Source of the DNA: a virus
Lineage: Duplodnaviria; Heunggongvirae; Uroviricota; Caudoviricetes
DNA: 64,000 bases
Virus record (IMG/VR): IMGVR_UViG_3300010355_001317
Coordinates: 1-64,000 of that record
Strand: one strand, 5' to 3'
The notes below the pieces were generated by a model. The model ran no database searches and had not been told where the DNA came from. It saw only the letters and a list, made by a program, of their open reading frames with translations. Shown in pieces: positions 46,890 to 55,895 of the stretch (its first letter is position 1; every line of letters begins with the position of its first letter). The position numbers were made by a program, and so were the translations under genes.

Positions 46890-48131
46890 TTACTTGAAAA
46901 ACTCTTCTGCTTCGACTCCTTGTTGATCTTTAATAGTCTCATCCATCCATTCTTCATATTTGGATTGGAGGCCTTTCATCGAATCAGTTACCAGGCAAGT
47001 GTAAGTTGTATTGAAAATCTCTGCTTCGTTTTGTGAGAGATGTTTTGCAACTTCTTCTATGATATGCTTCGGGGTATCTTCTTTGAAGCACCATACCTTC
47101 AAAGTATCTTCTTTGGAAGTTTTCATGTGCTTCTTCAGAGCACCTACTTGATGTCTTTCGCTTTCAGGAAGCCTGGAAGTATATCCAATATCAAAAGCTT
47201 CTTGAAGAGAAAAACCGCTCTTGAACAGCTGGGCGATTGATTTTAATCTTCTGGTAGTCGGAACTATCGAAAAGTTCTGCTTGCGCAGTATCTTGACGGT
47301 ATCCATCAGAATATCAATATCTTCATCTACCATTCCGCTATCGCGGAGTATTTGTGATTCCTGTGAAGTATAACCGAACTGAACAAACTCGAACCTGTCT
47401 ATCGATGCAAGATCGAGTGCATTGGTATTGTATTCAACCGATCCTTGCATATCTGAGTTACCAGAAGCAATTACTTTAAAGTCAGGATGGCATTTCACCA
47501 TCTCATTCGTCTCCTCGATAAGAAGTTGACCAGCTTCGAGTACCTCATGAAGCTTTGCAGCAAGATCTTCTGATGCTCTATCAAACTCATCGAGAATCAG
47601 AATCTTTCCTTCCTTCATTGCGCGAACAAGAGGACCTTCTATAAACTTGGTCTCTTCATTTACCAGTTCGAAGTGACCGATAAGCTTTGAAGGTTTCATA
47701 TCGTTCGAAATAGAAGAAAGATAATAGTTGCCTTTACCGGAAAGATATTTGGCATACGTCGTCTTTCCGCAACCTGCAGGACCCAACATGTACAAATTTG
47801 CTCCTATCTCAAAAATCTTTTTTGCAATCCTGTGTTCTGCAGTCTCATAATAAAGATCTCCATCTTCAGTTTGAACGCTTTTCGCTGAAACGTCTTCTTT
47901 TACTTCCACTGCCTCTCCTTTCTCCTTTTTCTCTTTAAATTTAAGCATTGCATCCTTCAAAGCTTTCTGATCCGAATCAGCATCAGAAAGATCTGCAAGG
48001 ACACGATCAAACTTTTTCTGCACGATTCCTCCATCTTTTTTGATGCCTATGTCATCATGCAGCGCCCATACGAACTTACCTTCGTCTATGAGCATGTTTA
48101 GTTGTTCTGCTCTCTTCTTGTAATTGATCAT
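46890..48131 (-). CDS. MoxR-like AAA+ ATPase (CobS-like)
   Basis: Walker A GPAGCGKTTYAKYLSGK, Walker B ILILDEFDRAS. GC content above genome background. Confidence 0.75.
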   Translation of the reverse strand: MINYKKRAEQLNMLIDEGKFVWALHDDIGIKKDGGIVQKKFDRVLADLSDADSDQKALKDAMLKFKEKKEKGEAVEVKEDVSAKSVQTEDGDLYYETAEHRIAKKIFEIGANLYMLGPAGCGKTTYAKYLSGKGNYYLSSISNDMKPSKLIGHFELVNEETKFIEGPLVRAMKEGKILILDEFDRASEDLAAKLHEVLEAGQLLIEETNEMVKCHPDFKVIASGNSDMQGSVEYNTNALDLASIDRFEFVQFGYTSQESQILRDSGMVDEDIDILMDTVKILRKQNFSIVPTTRRLKSIAQLFKSGFSLQEAFDIGYTSRLPESERHQVGALKKHMKTSKEDTLKVWCFKEDTPKHIIEEVAKHLSQNEAEIFNTTYTCLVTDSMKGLQSKYEEWMDETIKDQQGVEAEEFFK

Positions 48132-48393
48132 CTCTCATTCCTCCGAATTTTTTGTATTTAATTAATTTTCCTGTTTTAATATATTGTACTAATTCTTGTT
48201 CACAGACAAGCAAATTTAGAACTTTAGCTTCTCTATCTAATGGTTTTACTATATCAGAAAAATAAAATTGATATCCATGGTCTTCTTCATAATCATTACA
48301 TTCTATTTTAATACAATGCCCCTGAAGTCTACCAACACCTGCAACTTCTGTAGTTTCTACAAAGATATAAAAACCATTTAGTTTATGATACAT
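48076..48393 (-). CDS. hypothetical protein
   Basis: 105 aa. Confidence 0.4.
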   Translation of the reverse strand: MYHKLNGFYIFVETTEVAGVGRLQGHCIKIECNDYEEDHGYQFYFSDIVKPLDREAKVLNLLVCEQELVQYIKTGKLIKYKKFGGMRDDQLQEESRTTKHAHRRR

Positions 48394-48776
48394 TACTTCC
48401 CTCTAGCTTTCGAAAGAACAAACTTAAGAATTCTTTCTACTTTATAATCCTTTAATAAGTGTTTAATTCTATCTTCGAATATCAACTGATCTTCTTTCTC
48501 TAGAATAGTTTTACGCATGCGCTCTTTTGCAGCTAAAGCTTTTTTGTATTCTTCCATTTTTTCTTCTTCTTGTTCTTGAAGAACTTCAATAGAAGAACCC
48601 CTAGTTCTAAAGTATGCCTCAGCACAACAATCTAAACAAATGTTTACATATTGCATACCATTAGTACCAAGATAAGCAGTGCCTTTTGGAATTTTATGCC
48701 CGCAAGAATGACAGGCACGGGTACCTAAAGGTTTTCTTATTCTTGCACTGTGTTTACCGAAATCTTTATTATACAT
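48393..48776 (-). CDS. zinc-finger protein
   Basis: CHSCGH...CLDCC. Confidence 0.45.
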   Translation of the reverse strand: MYNKDFGKHSARIRKPLGTRACHSCGHKIPKGTAYLGTNGMQYVNICLDCCAEAYFRTRGSSIEVLQEQEEEKMEEYKKALAAKERMRKTILEKEDQLIFEDRIKHLLKDYKVERILKFVLSKARGK

Positions 48777-48785
48777 TATATCCTC

Positions 48786-49166
48786 CTAAATGATTTCTAG
48801 AATCTTATCTTTGATAACTTCTTTGGAGAATATAACACCTTTCTCTTTTTCAAGGGAAATCTTCCCTATAATAGCTTCTGCATCCCCAAGCTTAATAGAA
48901 GCTGCTTTATTAAAAGCAGCTTGTCCGAAGATTTTGAGAAATCTATCTTTGTCTATTTCTCTTCTTCCAGCCTCGGTGGAAGACTGTAGGGTATAAGGAC
49001 CATCTTTAAGAATCCCCTTGTCTTTTGCTTCTTTGACAAGAACAGAAAAAGCTTTCTTAGAAGCTTCATACTGCCTTTCCTTTTCTCGAAGTTCCACTCT
49101 TTCTTTCTCTATTCTTTCTTGCAGCTTATATGCTTGTTTGAGAATAGAATCTTTTTGAAAAATCAT
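48786..49166 (-). CDS. hypothetical protein
   Basis: 126 aa. Confidence 0.45.
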   Translation of the reverse strand: MIFQKDSILKQAYKLQERIEKERVELREKERQYEASKKAFSVLVKEAKDKGILKDGPYTLQSSTEAGRREIDKDRFLKIFGQAAFNKAASIKLGDAEAIIGKISLEKEKGVIFSKEVIKDKILEII

Positions 49167-49175
49167 TTCGACCTC

Positions 49176-49586
49176 CTAGTTAGTTACCCACATTCCATCT
49201 GGGTAGATGATAATTGTTTCTACTTTTTGTTTCTTTGCATAGCGAATAGTAGCCCATGTACCAGATCTTAACTGCTCATCGTTTCCCTTTGGACAAGCAA
49301 TTAAAATTCTGCAGTTATCTACTATATCGTGATTACGTTCTAGATAAGGTTTTTTATCAAGAAGTTTTTCATATCCAGTTTTCAAAGCTCTCTTAGAAGA
49401 GTTAATAGGTGGATGGATAGTAATAGCAATACCTAATTCTTTTGCTATGTCATGCGCTTGTGAATCTGCTCCTATACAATCTCCATGATGGAATTCAGTG
49501 GCTTTGAAAGATATAAGAAACTTTTTTACAGTTTCTTTTTGCTTATCTGTCATACCTATTTGAGTTCCTGTAAAACCTATCTCCAT
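49176..49586 (-). CDS. SLOG/DprA-like Rossmann-fold protein (YpsA/DUF2493-like)
   Basis: GFTGTQIG...FHHGDCIGADSQAHDIAKELGI...NHDIVDNCRILIACP pattern of the Smf/DprA-LOG superfamily. Confidence 0.4.
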   Translation of the reverse strand: MEIGFTGTQIGMTDKQKETVKKFLISFKATEFHHGDCIGADSQAHDIAKELGIAITIHPPINSSKRALKTGYEKLLDKKPYLERNHDIVDNCRILIACPKGNDEQLRSGTWATIRYAKKQKVETIIIYPDGMWVTN

Positions 49587-49663
49587 TTCTTAACTCCATA
49601 AAAATATTATATAATTTAAATATAATAAATTTTTCGAATAATAAAAACTAGACATTTAAAAAT

Positions 49664-49885
49664 CTATTCTTGTGTTATCGTCTCGTTAGAAGTAAATTTA
49701 CTTTCCTTCTTATAAGATTCCCACCCCTTAAGTAAAAGAAATCCAACAAAATTATTAGGACTTCTACCTAAATGAAAAGCTTCTAGTTGAATTTCTCTTG
49801 CTTCAATTTCTGGAATAGACCCTGTTAATTGGATGCTTTTAAGTTCTTTTTTCGGTCTACCACTCTTACTTTTTTGGCCGCTCAT
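49664..49885 (-). CDS. hypothetical small protein (possible DNA-binding)
   Basis: 73 aa with a basic N-terminus. Confidence 0.35.
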   Translation of the reverse strand: MSGQKSKSGRPKKELKSIQLTGSIPEIEAREIQLEAFHLGRSPNNFVGFLLLKGWESYKKESKFTSNETITQE

Positions 49886-49889
49886 TATA

Positions 49890-50111
49890 TCACTCCTGAT
49901 CTAACTTAAATTCCACTGTTCCTTTTTCTACTAATGGTACTATCGAAATAGTATGAAGTATATTAAGAACTCCTATAGCTCGTTCTTCATCTTTAGTTAA
50001 AGATCCTTGTGAAGTGGACTTTAAAGAAAGATGAATAAGAGAACGACCAGAAGAAACTGCTATATCCTCTGGCTTTGCCATTGCCAATAAGTTACCTATA
50101 TTCATTTCCAA
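49890..50111 (-). CDS. hypothetical protein
   Basis: 73 aa. Confidence 0.35.
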   Translation of the reverse strand: MEMNIGNLLAMAKPEDIAVSSGRSLIHLSLKSTSQGSLTKDEERAIGVLNILHTISIVPLVEKGTVEFKLDQE

Positions 50112-50584
50112 TCCTCCAATTTTTTGTATGTTGAATGTTTATAAGTTATTTCTTTAATAATATTCCAATCTTCTTTTGAACAGGACATAGATACAACTAG
50201 AATCTTGTTTTGTTTACTAAGTTCTTTTAGATGATTTTTCGAATAAGAACTAGGCTGCTGGTCTCGTTCAGACCACAATACTAGTCTATTACTAGTGTCA
50301 TAAATATTTAAAAGATAAAATATACTTCCTTTTTCTACACTCGAATCTACTATAAATTTAGTATGATCAAGATACATTAAGTTATCTGCAGGAAAAGTAT
50401 AATAAGGATGTAATGTGGTGTTTACCATTTGATTATCATCAACTTGACCACTATCTGTTATAACTCTTCCTATTTTATTGATAAAGTAATCCACAGCTTC
50501 TTGAGTATACCAGCGATACTTTTGCATAGTATCCCGTAGATTTTCTTTAACAAGAAAAAAATCACCTTTTTTAAATAAAACCAT
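50102..50584 (-). CDS. hypothetical protein
   Basis: 160 aa. Confidence 0.45.
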   Translation of the reverse strand: MVLFKKGDFFLVKENLRDTMQKYRWYTQEAVDYFINKIGRVITDSGQVDDNQMVNTTLHPYYTFPADNLMYLDHTKFIVDSSVEKGSIFYLLNIYDTSNRLVLWSERDQQPSSYSKNHLKELSKQNKILVVSMSCSKEDWNIIKEITYKHSTYKKLEDWK

Positions 50585-50721
50585 ATCTTTTTTTCCAGAT
50601 TATGTCTACCTTCTAGATTTTCTATAAAGTACTTTGCTGCTTTTTGTGACGTAGAAACTGGAATGTTTTGGGATAAACAAAAACCGTATACTTTATAATA
50701 TTCTTCTTTTTGTGCATTCAT
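50470..50721 (-). CDS. questionable ORF overlapping 50102..50584 by about 115 nt
   Basis: Only the first 40 codons or so are non-overlapping. Confidence 0.2.
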   Translation of the reverse strand: MNAQKEEYYKVYGFCLSQNIPVSTSQKAAKYFIENLEGRHNLEKKIWFYLKKVIFFLLKKIYGILCKSIAGILKKLWITLSIK

Positions 50722-51110
50722 TGTATTATTCTTTCTTCTTTTTCTTCTCGTTCTCTTTTCAATTCTTCTTGTGTGGCATGAACTATTGCTTCACATTCCT
50801 TCATCTTTTCTAAAGAGAACTTAACAAGAGCAGATAAAGCTTTTTCTTTGATAAGATCTATCTTCAAAAGACGAAGAGTTGATAATAATACTGCTGACTG
50901 CAGGAGTGTGCTTATCCATATAACTGATAGTATAACATTCTTTGTTGGACTTTCCGGAACATAAAAAAGAAAAAGAATTCCTGTTACAGCAGAAGCACAC
51001 CAGATAATAAAAGAAAGAAATTTGTTTGTTGAATTTTGCTTTGCAAGTTGCTGTGCTTGTTTTATAAATTGTTCTTGCTCTTTCATAACTTTTTGTTCTT
51101 CAGTATTCAT
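50718..51110 (-). CDS. membrane protein
   Basis: 2 TM helices with a coiled-coil C-terminus. Confidence 0.4.
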   Translation of the reverse strand: MNTEEQKVMKEQEQFIKQAQQLAKQNSTNKFLSFIIWCASAVTGILFLFYVPESPTKNVILSVIWISTLLQSAVLLSTLRLLKIDLIKEKALSALVKFSLEKMKECEAIVHATQEELKREREEKEERIIQ

Positions 51111-51124
51111 AATGTATCTCCTAT

Positions 51125-51556
51125 TTAAAATCTTAATATGTGTTTATTGTCTAGTAATTCCTTTATTCCTCTGTTTGAAATAACAAGTTTGTGCATAGAT
51201 GTTCTGGATGTATAAGTAGCTTTAGGTTCCTCTTCCTCTAAAGTATTTAATTTATCCAAATCTATTGGTCTTATATGAAAAACTTCTCCTTTCTTATAAG
51301 GAGTAAATTTTATTATTATAAAGCGATTTGGAAAAAGAAGTTCTACATGATTTGATGGTATATAATAATTCTTATCTTTTCTAAGAAAAATATTTTTTCC
51401 TTCATTTGTAATTAAAGTACCGATCTTTGCATCACCTGAATATTCTATAATATATCCTGTTTTATAAGTAGAAAGTAAAGCAGACCATCCATGCCTTTTA
51501 CAACAATCTACCCAAGAAGGAAGTATCCTTAATATATCACCCTGTTTATATAGCAT
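51125..51556 (-). CDS. hypothetical protein
   Basis: 143 aa. Confidence 0.45.
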   Translation of the reverse strand: MLYKQGDILRILPSWVDCCKRHGWSALLSTYKTGYIIEYSGDAKIGTLITNEGKNIFLRKDKNYYIPSNHVELLFPNRFIIIKFTPYKKGEVFHIRPIDLDKLNTLEEEEPKATYTSRTSMHKLVISNRGIKELLDNKHILRF

Positions 51557-51701
51557 AACACTTATCCTCGATTAGGCCATAACATCTATGTATTTTCCTT
51601 TTTCTGTTCTGGAATCTACAAACTTTTTAACTTTACACATATTGCAAGTGCAGTGCTTTTTATGCTTTCGATCTGGTTGATGAAGCACTTTTTCAATTCT
51701 T

Positions 51702-51950
51702 TTAATTGCTGTAACTTTCATTATCACTCTCCTCTTGTAATATTATCATACTCTTTTCTTTTAACCAATTCTTAAAGTCATCTTTAGTTATTAACCAAGG
51801 ATGCTTAGGATCTGCTTCCAGATTATTTATGTTAAATAAAGCAATATGTGAGTAATGTGTTTCATGATGAATAGTAACTTTGTAGATACCATTTTCTTTT
51901 GGTCTAGAATTTGTTATTCCTCGGCAATCTTTTAGAAATTTAACTATCAT
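51702..51950 (-). CDS. small protein, family A
   Basis: tail DFKNWLKEKSMIILQEE. Confidence 0.45.
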   Translation of the reverse strand: MIVKFLKDCRGITNSRPKENGIYKVTIHHETHYSHIALFNINNLEADPKHPWLITKDDFKNWLKEKSMIILQEESDNESYSN

Positions 51951-52118
51951 ATTCTTGTTTGTGTTTGTGCTTTCTTGTGTATCTTTTTTTATCTATGATT
52001 ACTTTTTCTGGTTTGATTTGTAATCTACCAATTATTCTCTTAATCTCTTTTTGTAAAATATCGTTTTTTATTCTAGAACTTTTCATTGCTTTTTCTTTTA
52101 TTTTCATTTTGAACGAAT

Positions 52119-52364
52119 TTAGTTATCTGTTATTATTTCTAATATTCCTTCTCTTAATAACTTTTTAAAATCTGCTACACTAATTCCTTGATCTATGTTT
52201 GGTGAGTGTTTTTTACCGTCATCAGAATAGCAATTGCATTCACTACCTTTAAATCTAATTACTTTTGATCTAGAAGATTCTATGAATATTTCATAATCCC
52301 CTGTAAAATTATAAATCCTTCCACCGATATGTGGCTGTAAAAATTCTTTTACTCTTACGCGCAT
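52119..52364 (-). CDS. small protein, family A (tandem triplet 1/3)
   Basis: FTGDYEIFIE ... DFKKLLREGILEIITDN. Confidence 0.5.
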   Translation of the reverse strand: MRVRVKEFLQPHIGGRIYNFTGDYEIFIESSRSKVIRFKGSECNCYSDDGKKHSPNIDQGISVADFKKLLREGILEIITDN

Positions 52365-52582
52365 ATTTCTATAATTCCTTCTCTTAATAACCTTTTAAAA
52401 GTTCTTGGTGGTATTCCCTGATCCACTGACCTGTTTGTAATATCAGAACTTCCTTTAAATCTAATAAAAACTTTTTCCATATCTTGAACACAAGGATCAA
52501 TATATACTTCAAAAGTACCAGTAAAAGAAGCTATAGGAACATCGCTATAATTTGCTATATTTTTTTTAACTCTTACTTTCAT
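52355..52582 (-). CDS. small protein, family A (tandem triplet 2/3)
   Basis: SFTGTFEVYID ... TFKRLLREGIIEICA. Confidence 0.5.
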   Translation of the reverse strand: MKVRVKKNIANYSDVPIASFTGTFEVYIDPCVQDMEKVFIRFKGSSDITNRSVDQGIPPRTFKRLLREGIIEICA

Positions 52583-52797
52583 TTCGTTACTATTCTAAGT
52601 ATTCCTTGTCTTAATAATCTTTTAAACTCGCTTGGTGGTATTCCTTGATCACGACCCTCTGTACTATTTTTAAATCTAATATAAACTCCTTCTCTATTTA
52701 TCACATTATGATCGAGGTATATTTCGAATGTTCCAGTAAAAGAAGCAATATAAAATGATACAAGATCAGTAAGCTCTTGTGTTACTTGAACTAACAT
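52579..52797 (-). CDS. small protein, family A (tandem triplet 3/3)
   Basis: SFTGTFEIYLD ... EFKRLLRQGILRIVTK. Confidence 0.5.
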   Translation of the reverse strand: MLVQVTQELTDLVSFYIASFTGTFEIYLDHNVINREGVYIRFKNSTEGRDQGIPPSEFKRLLRQGILRIVTK

Positions 52798-52817
52798 TAT
52801 ACTTTCTTTTCCTATTA

Positions 52818-53153
52818 TTATCTTGTTTTTCTTTCTTCAAAAAGTAATTGCTTAATAATATCTGTCACTGAAAATTCTTGTCTTAATATTTCTATTTTTT
52901 CCTTAAGAGCTTCTTGTTCAGAAACTTCTTCAAAGAAACCTTTTTTAAGAGAAGAGTCCCAGCACCACGATCTATCCGATATATCAATACCAGTTAAAAA
53001 ATAGCCACCTCCCGAAGAACCAAGACCAATATATTTATAAGCTTTTCTACTTAAGACAAAATCCATACGTCCTCCACTGTTCCAACCAGCTTGGCGGACA
53101 TTGGGACCAATATATCTATACCACTTTCCTACTTCAAAAGATGATACCTTCAT
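52818..53153 (-). CDS. hypothetical protein
   Basis: 111 aa. Confidence 0.4.
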   Translation of the reverse strand: MKVSSFEVGKWYRYIGPNVRQAGWNSGGRMDFVLSRKAYKYIGLGSSGGGYFLTGIDISDRSWCWDSSLKKGFFEEVSEQEALKEKIEILRQEFSVTDIIKQLLFEERKTR

Positions 53154-53155
53154 GT

Positions 53156-53824
53156 TTAAATGACCTGTAACTTATAATAAAATCTTTTGTAGCGTTTTAG
53201 ATATCTATATCTGACTTTCTTTAAGCTGGGATAAAAGTAGCCAGAAGGACCACAATTATATGCAACAAAGTGACAAAATTCTCCTTGAACACCTTTCTGT
53301 TTAAGCTGACTTTTAAAGTCTTTAAGAACAACAGCTCCAGACATTACGTTTACTGAAATGTCAAATACATCATTCGAATAAGCTATATTATACTTATTAA
53401 GAATCTTCTTTGCAAGATTATATCTTCTTTTAAGATAAGGACTATTTTGCTGAACAAGACCATAATCATAGCTACCATTTCTGTTAGGTCCACTAACAGC
53501 ATATATATCCATATCTGATTCTGTAAGAATAGTAGACAGCATTTTTTTATGATTAATACCAAAATGATTTTCAATTGTTATCAGAACAGTTGTTAGCTTG
53601 TTAATATTATTCGATGTCCATTGCTGACGAATATCTTTCTCTTGAAAAGAGATTGCTTTCTTTACATTAGATTTAACATATTGTTTATAACATTGATCCT
53701 TTGTTGAATAAGCAGAGGTAGAACAAAGGATAACAAGTAATATAGGAATAAATAGTATTCTTTTCATTTCTATCTCCTTATTTATTTTTAAGAGAATTGA
53801 TCGTAAAAGAAAAAACAAAAGCAA
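53156..53824 (-). CDS. secreted lytic transglycosylase (SLT domain)
   Basis: Signal peptide. SLT catalytic signature LTESDMDIYAVSGPNRNGSYDYGLVQ (ES...S...G...GLxQ). Confidence 0.6.
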   Translation of the reverse strand: MLLFFLLRSILLKINKEIEMKRILFIPILLVILCSTSAYSTKDQCYKQYVKSNVKKAISFQEKDIRQQWTSNNINKLTTVLITIENHFGINHKKMLSTILTESDMDIYAVSGPNRNGSYDYGLVQQNSPYLKRRYNLAKKILNKYNIAYSNDVFDISVNVMSGAVVLKDFKSQLKQKGVQGEFCHFVAYNCGPSGYFYPSLKKVRYRYLKRYKRFYYKLQVI

Positions 53825-53857
53825 CTAATAATATAAAAACTATTTCTAATATTGTTG

Positions 53858-54148
53858 CTAACATTCTTCTTCTCCTATAGAGCAAATTCTAATTAAACCA
53901 GATTGATGCATTTGTATGATATCATTGGTGGTAAACCAATAAACACGATCTACTGGAACAAAAGATCCTTTTTTAAAAAATTTAATTAAATCAGATGCTT
54001 TAAAATAACGAAAAGGACTGTCACTATCGTCATAGCCACCCTGAAAAATAAAAACTTCTCCTTTATACGAAATAGTTTGTTTTATAGAATAATTACTTAT
54101 TCTTTTTATTCTATCTTTAGTTACAATAAATTTTTTAATTACTTTCAT
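53858..54148 (-). CDS. small protein, family A-like
   Basis: KASDLIKFFKKGSFVPV. Confidence 0.4.
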   Translation of the reverse strand: MKVIKKFIVTKDRIKRISNYSIKQTISYKGEVFIFQGGYDDSDSPFRYFKASDLIKFFKKGSFVPVDRVYWFTTNDIIQMHQSGLIRICSIGEEEC

Positions 54149-54354
54149 AGTTTTTAATTAAAGAGGTTTATAACCTACTTTCCACCCAACCTCAAAGTCT
54201 GTTCTATAATAGTAGGGAATTGGTAATGCATGGCACTAATCTATAAACTCTGTATATTGAACATTGGTCACCTAGTTTGATCTTGGCACACATCCTTCTT
54301 AAAGACAGGAGCAGATTTAGATCTATCTAGAGTTCAATGTGTAGAGTACTGCTT

Positions 54355-54642
54355 TTAATTTTCTTGATTTAAAACAATTTGTTCTTCTTCATATGAAGAT
54401 ATACCAATCTTACCGGGCAAGGGGTCTATAGTCAGCATATCTTCTGATATGCCCCATCTCCACGGATGCCCATCTATATATGAATCTAGTATTTCAGACC
54501 CATCATGTGGCTGGCCAAATAAGTAGTCCATTCCACCGTTATGATTCCAGTGAATAGCAAGTTTATTTTTCCAATCTGGACCGTATTGTTTTTCAAATTC
54601 TTCTCTTGTTTTAAATCTTAAAGATTTCTTAGTATGTTCCAT
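54355..54642 (-). CDS. family C protein (HWNHNGGMDYLFGQPHDG) with IILNQ-type C-terminal tag
   Basis: tail SSYEEEQIVLNQEN-stop. Confidence 0.5.
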   Translation of the reverse strand: MEHTKKSLRFKTREEFEKQYGPDWKNKLAIHWNHNGGMDYLFGQPHDGSEILDSYIDGHPWRWGISEDMLTIDPLPGKIGISSYEEEQIVLNQEN

Positions 54643-54652
54643 ATAAATTATC

Positions 54653-54931
54653 CTAATAAACAGTATATAGAGTTTTTACATAATCTACATACTCACCAAA
54701 AGACCAGATTGCAGATATAGATATCCAGTTAGTATCAGACACTCTATATTTGTAAGACTTATAGACTTGATCCAAAGTCACAATAGGTCTAACTGCTAGT
54801 TTTCCTGTCATATCGTATACTATTGCCTTCATAAGCTCCTCCTTAATATACGCAACCAAAACCTGAAGCAGATTGCTGTGGTTTATGATTGCCTTGCATT
54901 GCTTTAAGCATTTCTTTTTCATGAACTTCAA
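54653..54931 (-). CDS. hypothetical protein (true start probably internal, near 54830)
   Basis: Overlaps the radical SAM gene 3-prime end. Confidence 0.35.
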   Translation of the reverse strand: MKFMKKKCLKQCKAIINHSNLLQVLVAYIKEELMKAIVYDMTGKLAVRPIVTLDQVYKSYKYRVSDTNWISISAIWSFGEYVDYVKTLYTVY

Positions 54932-55838
54932 AAGCTTTCTTTGCTTCTTCTACTGTAAGCTCTCCAGATTTAACTTTTTCAAGAATTAAAGTAAGAAGTT
55001 TTTCATCCATATTTTTCCTTTCCTGAAGAGATATTTGCCAACCTTTGTATATATTTCCGTCATAATATAAAACATCTTTTTGAACTTGTTCAGGTGCAAT
55101 AGGAAGAGGTCTTAATGGATTCTGTAATCCACACATTTGTCTAAAACTACAAAATACGCCGTCTAGATACCCTGTATTAACACATCCTTGCGTAAAAGGA
55201 TCTTCATTCAACCCATAGACACCTTTACCAAAAATAGTTTCTAGACCAACAAAATTATTCGTATCATTTTTTAATTCTGCAAATCTAACTTCAAATACAT
55301 TCATTTCTTTGGCAAATCTGATATAATGCTGAATAGAAATAACCGTATCTATTTCACCGTATATTATATTACAATTAAGTCTTACACTTGTATTTTGTAA
55401 CTGGAGTTGTTGTATAGAACTTTGAAGTACTTTATAATCAAGAAGAAGACCAGTTATTATACTATTTATATATGGTGAATAATGATGAACAGAAATGTTT
55501 ATTCCCTTGAGTCCTTGTAAATTTTCTTTGCAATACTTTCTGGTAAGCAGACTTCCATTAGTAGTTAAATACACATTTAAATTATGAGAAGTTAAAATAT
55601 CAATAATTTTATGTAAATGTTTATGTAGTGTTGGTTCTCCACCAAGTAAAATAACATTCTTCTTTCCTGAATCAATAGCAGCTTTACAAATAGTATTTAT
55701 ACTTACTTCTTTTGTGGGCATAAAAGAATTCTTATTTATACACCAAGAGCACCTTCCATTACAATCAGAAAGAAGATTTACTTCTAACCAATCCTGATAG
55801 CAACTTCCGCTACAAAAGTTATTTGTATGAGCTTTCAT
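54843..55838 (-). CDS. radical SAM enzyme, function unknown
   Basis: CNGRCSWC (Cx3Cx2C) near the N-terminus. GGEPTL glycine-rich SAM motif. Confidence 0.75.
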   Translation of the reverse strand: MKAHTNNFCSGSCYQDWLEVNLLSDCNGRCSWCINKNSFMPTKEVSINTICKAAIDSGKKNVILLGGEPTLHKHLHKIIDILTSHNLNVYLTTNGSLLTRKYCKENLQGLKGINISVHHYSPYINSIITGLLLDYKVLQSSIQQLQLQNTSVRLNCNIIYGEIDTVISIQHYIRFAKEMNVFEVRFAELKNDTNNFVGLETIFGKGVYGLNEDPFTQGCVNTGYLDGVFCSFRQMCGLQNPLRPLPIAPEQVQKDVLYYDGNIYKGWQISLQERKNMDEKLLTLILEKVKSGELTVEEAKKAFEVHEKEMLKAMQGNHKPQQSASGFGCVY

Positions 55839-55895
55839 TTAATTACCTCAAAATTATTTTACTTAAAAATATACTACTTAATATTATATTTATAA

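Noticed and set aside
50470-50721. ORF overlapping 50102..50584 by about 115 nt
   Set aside because: The long overlap is implausible. It was kept only as a low-confidence feature. A shorter upstream gene or a frameshift are alternatives.
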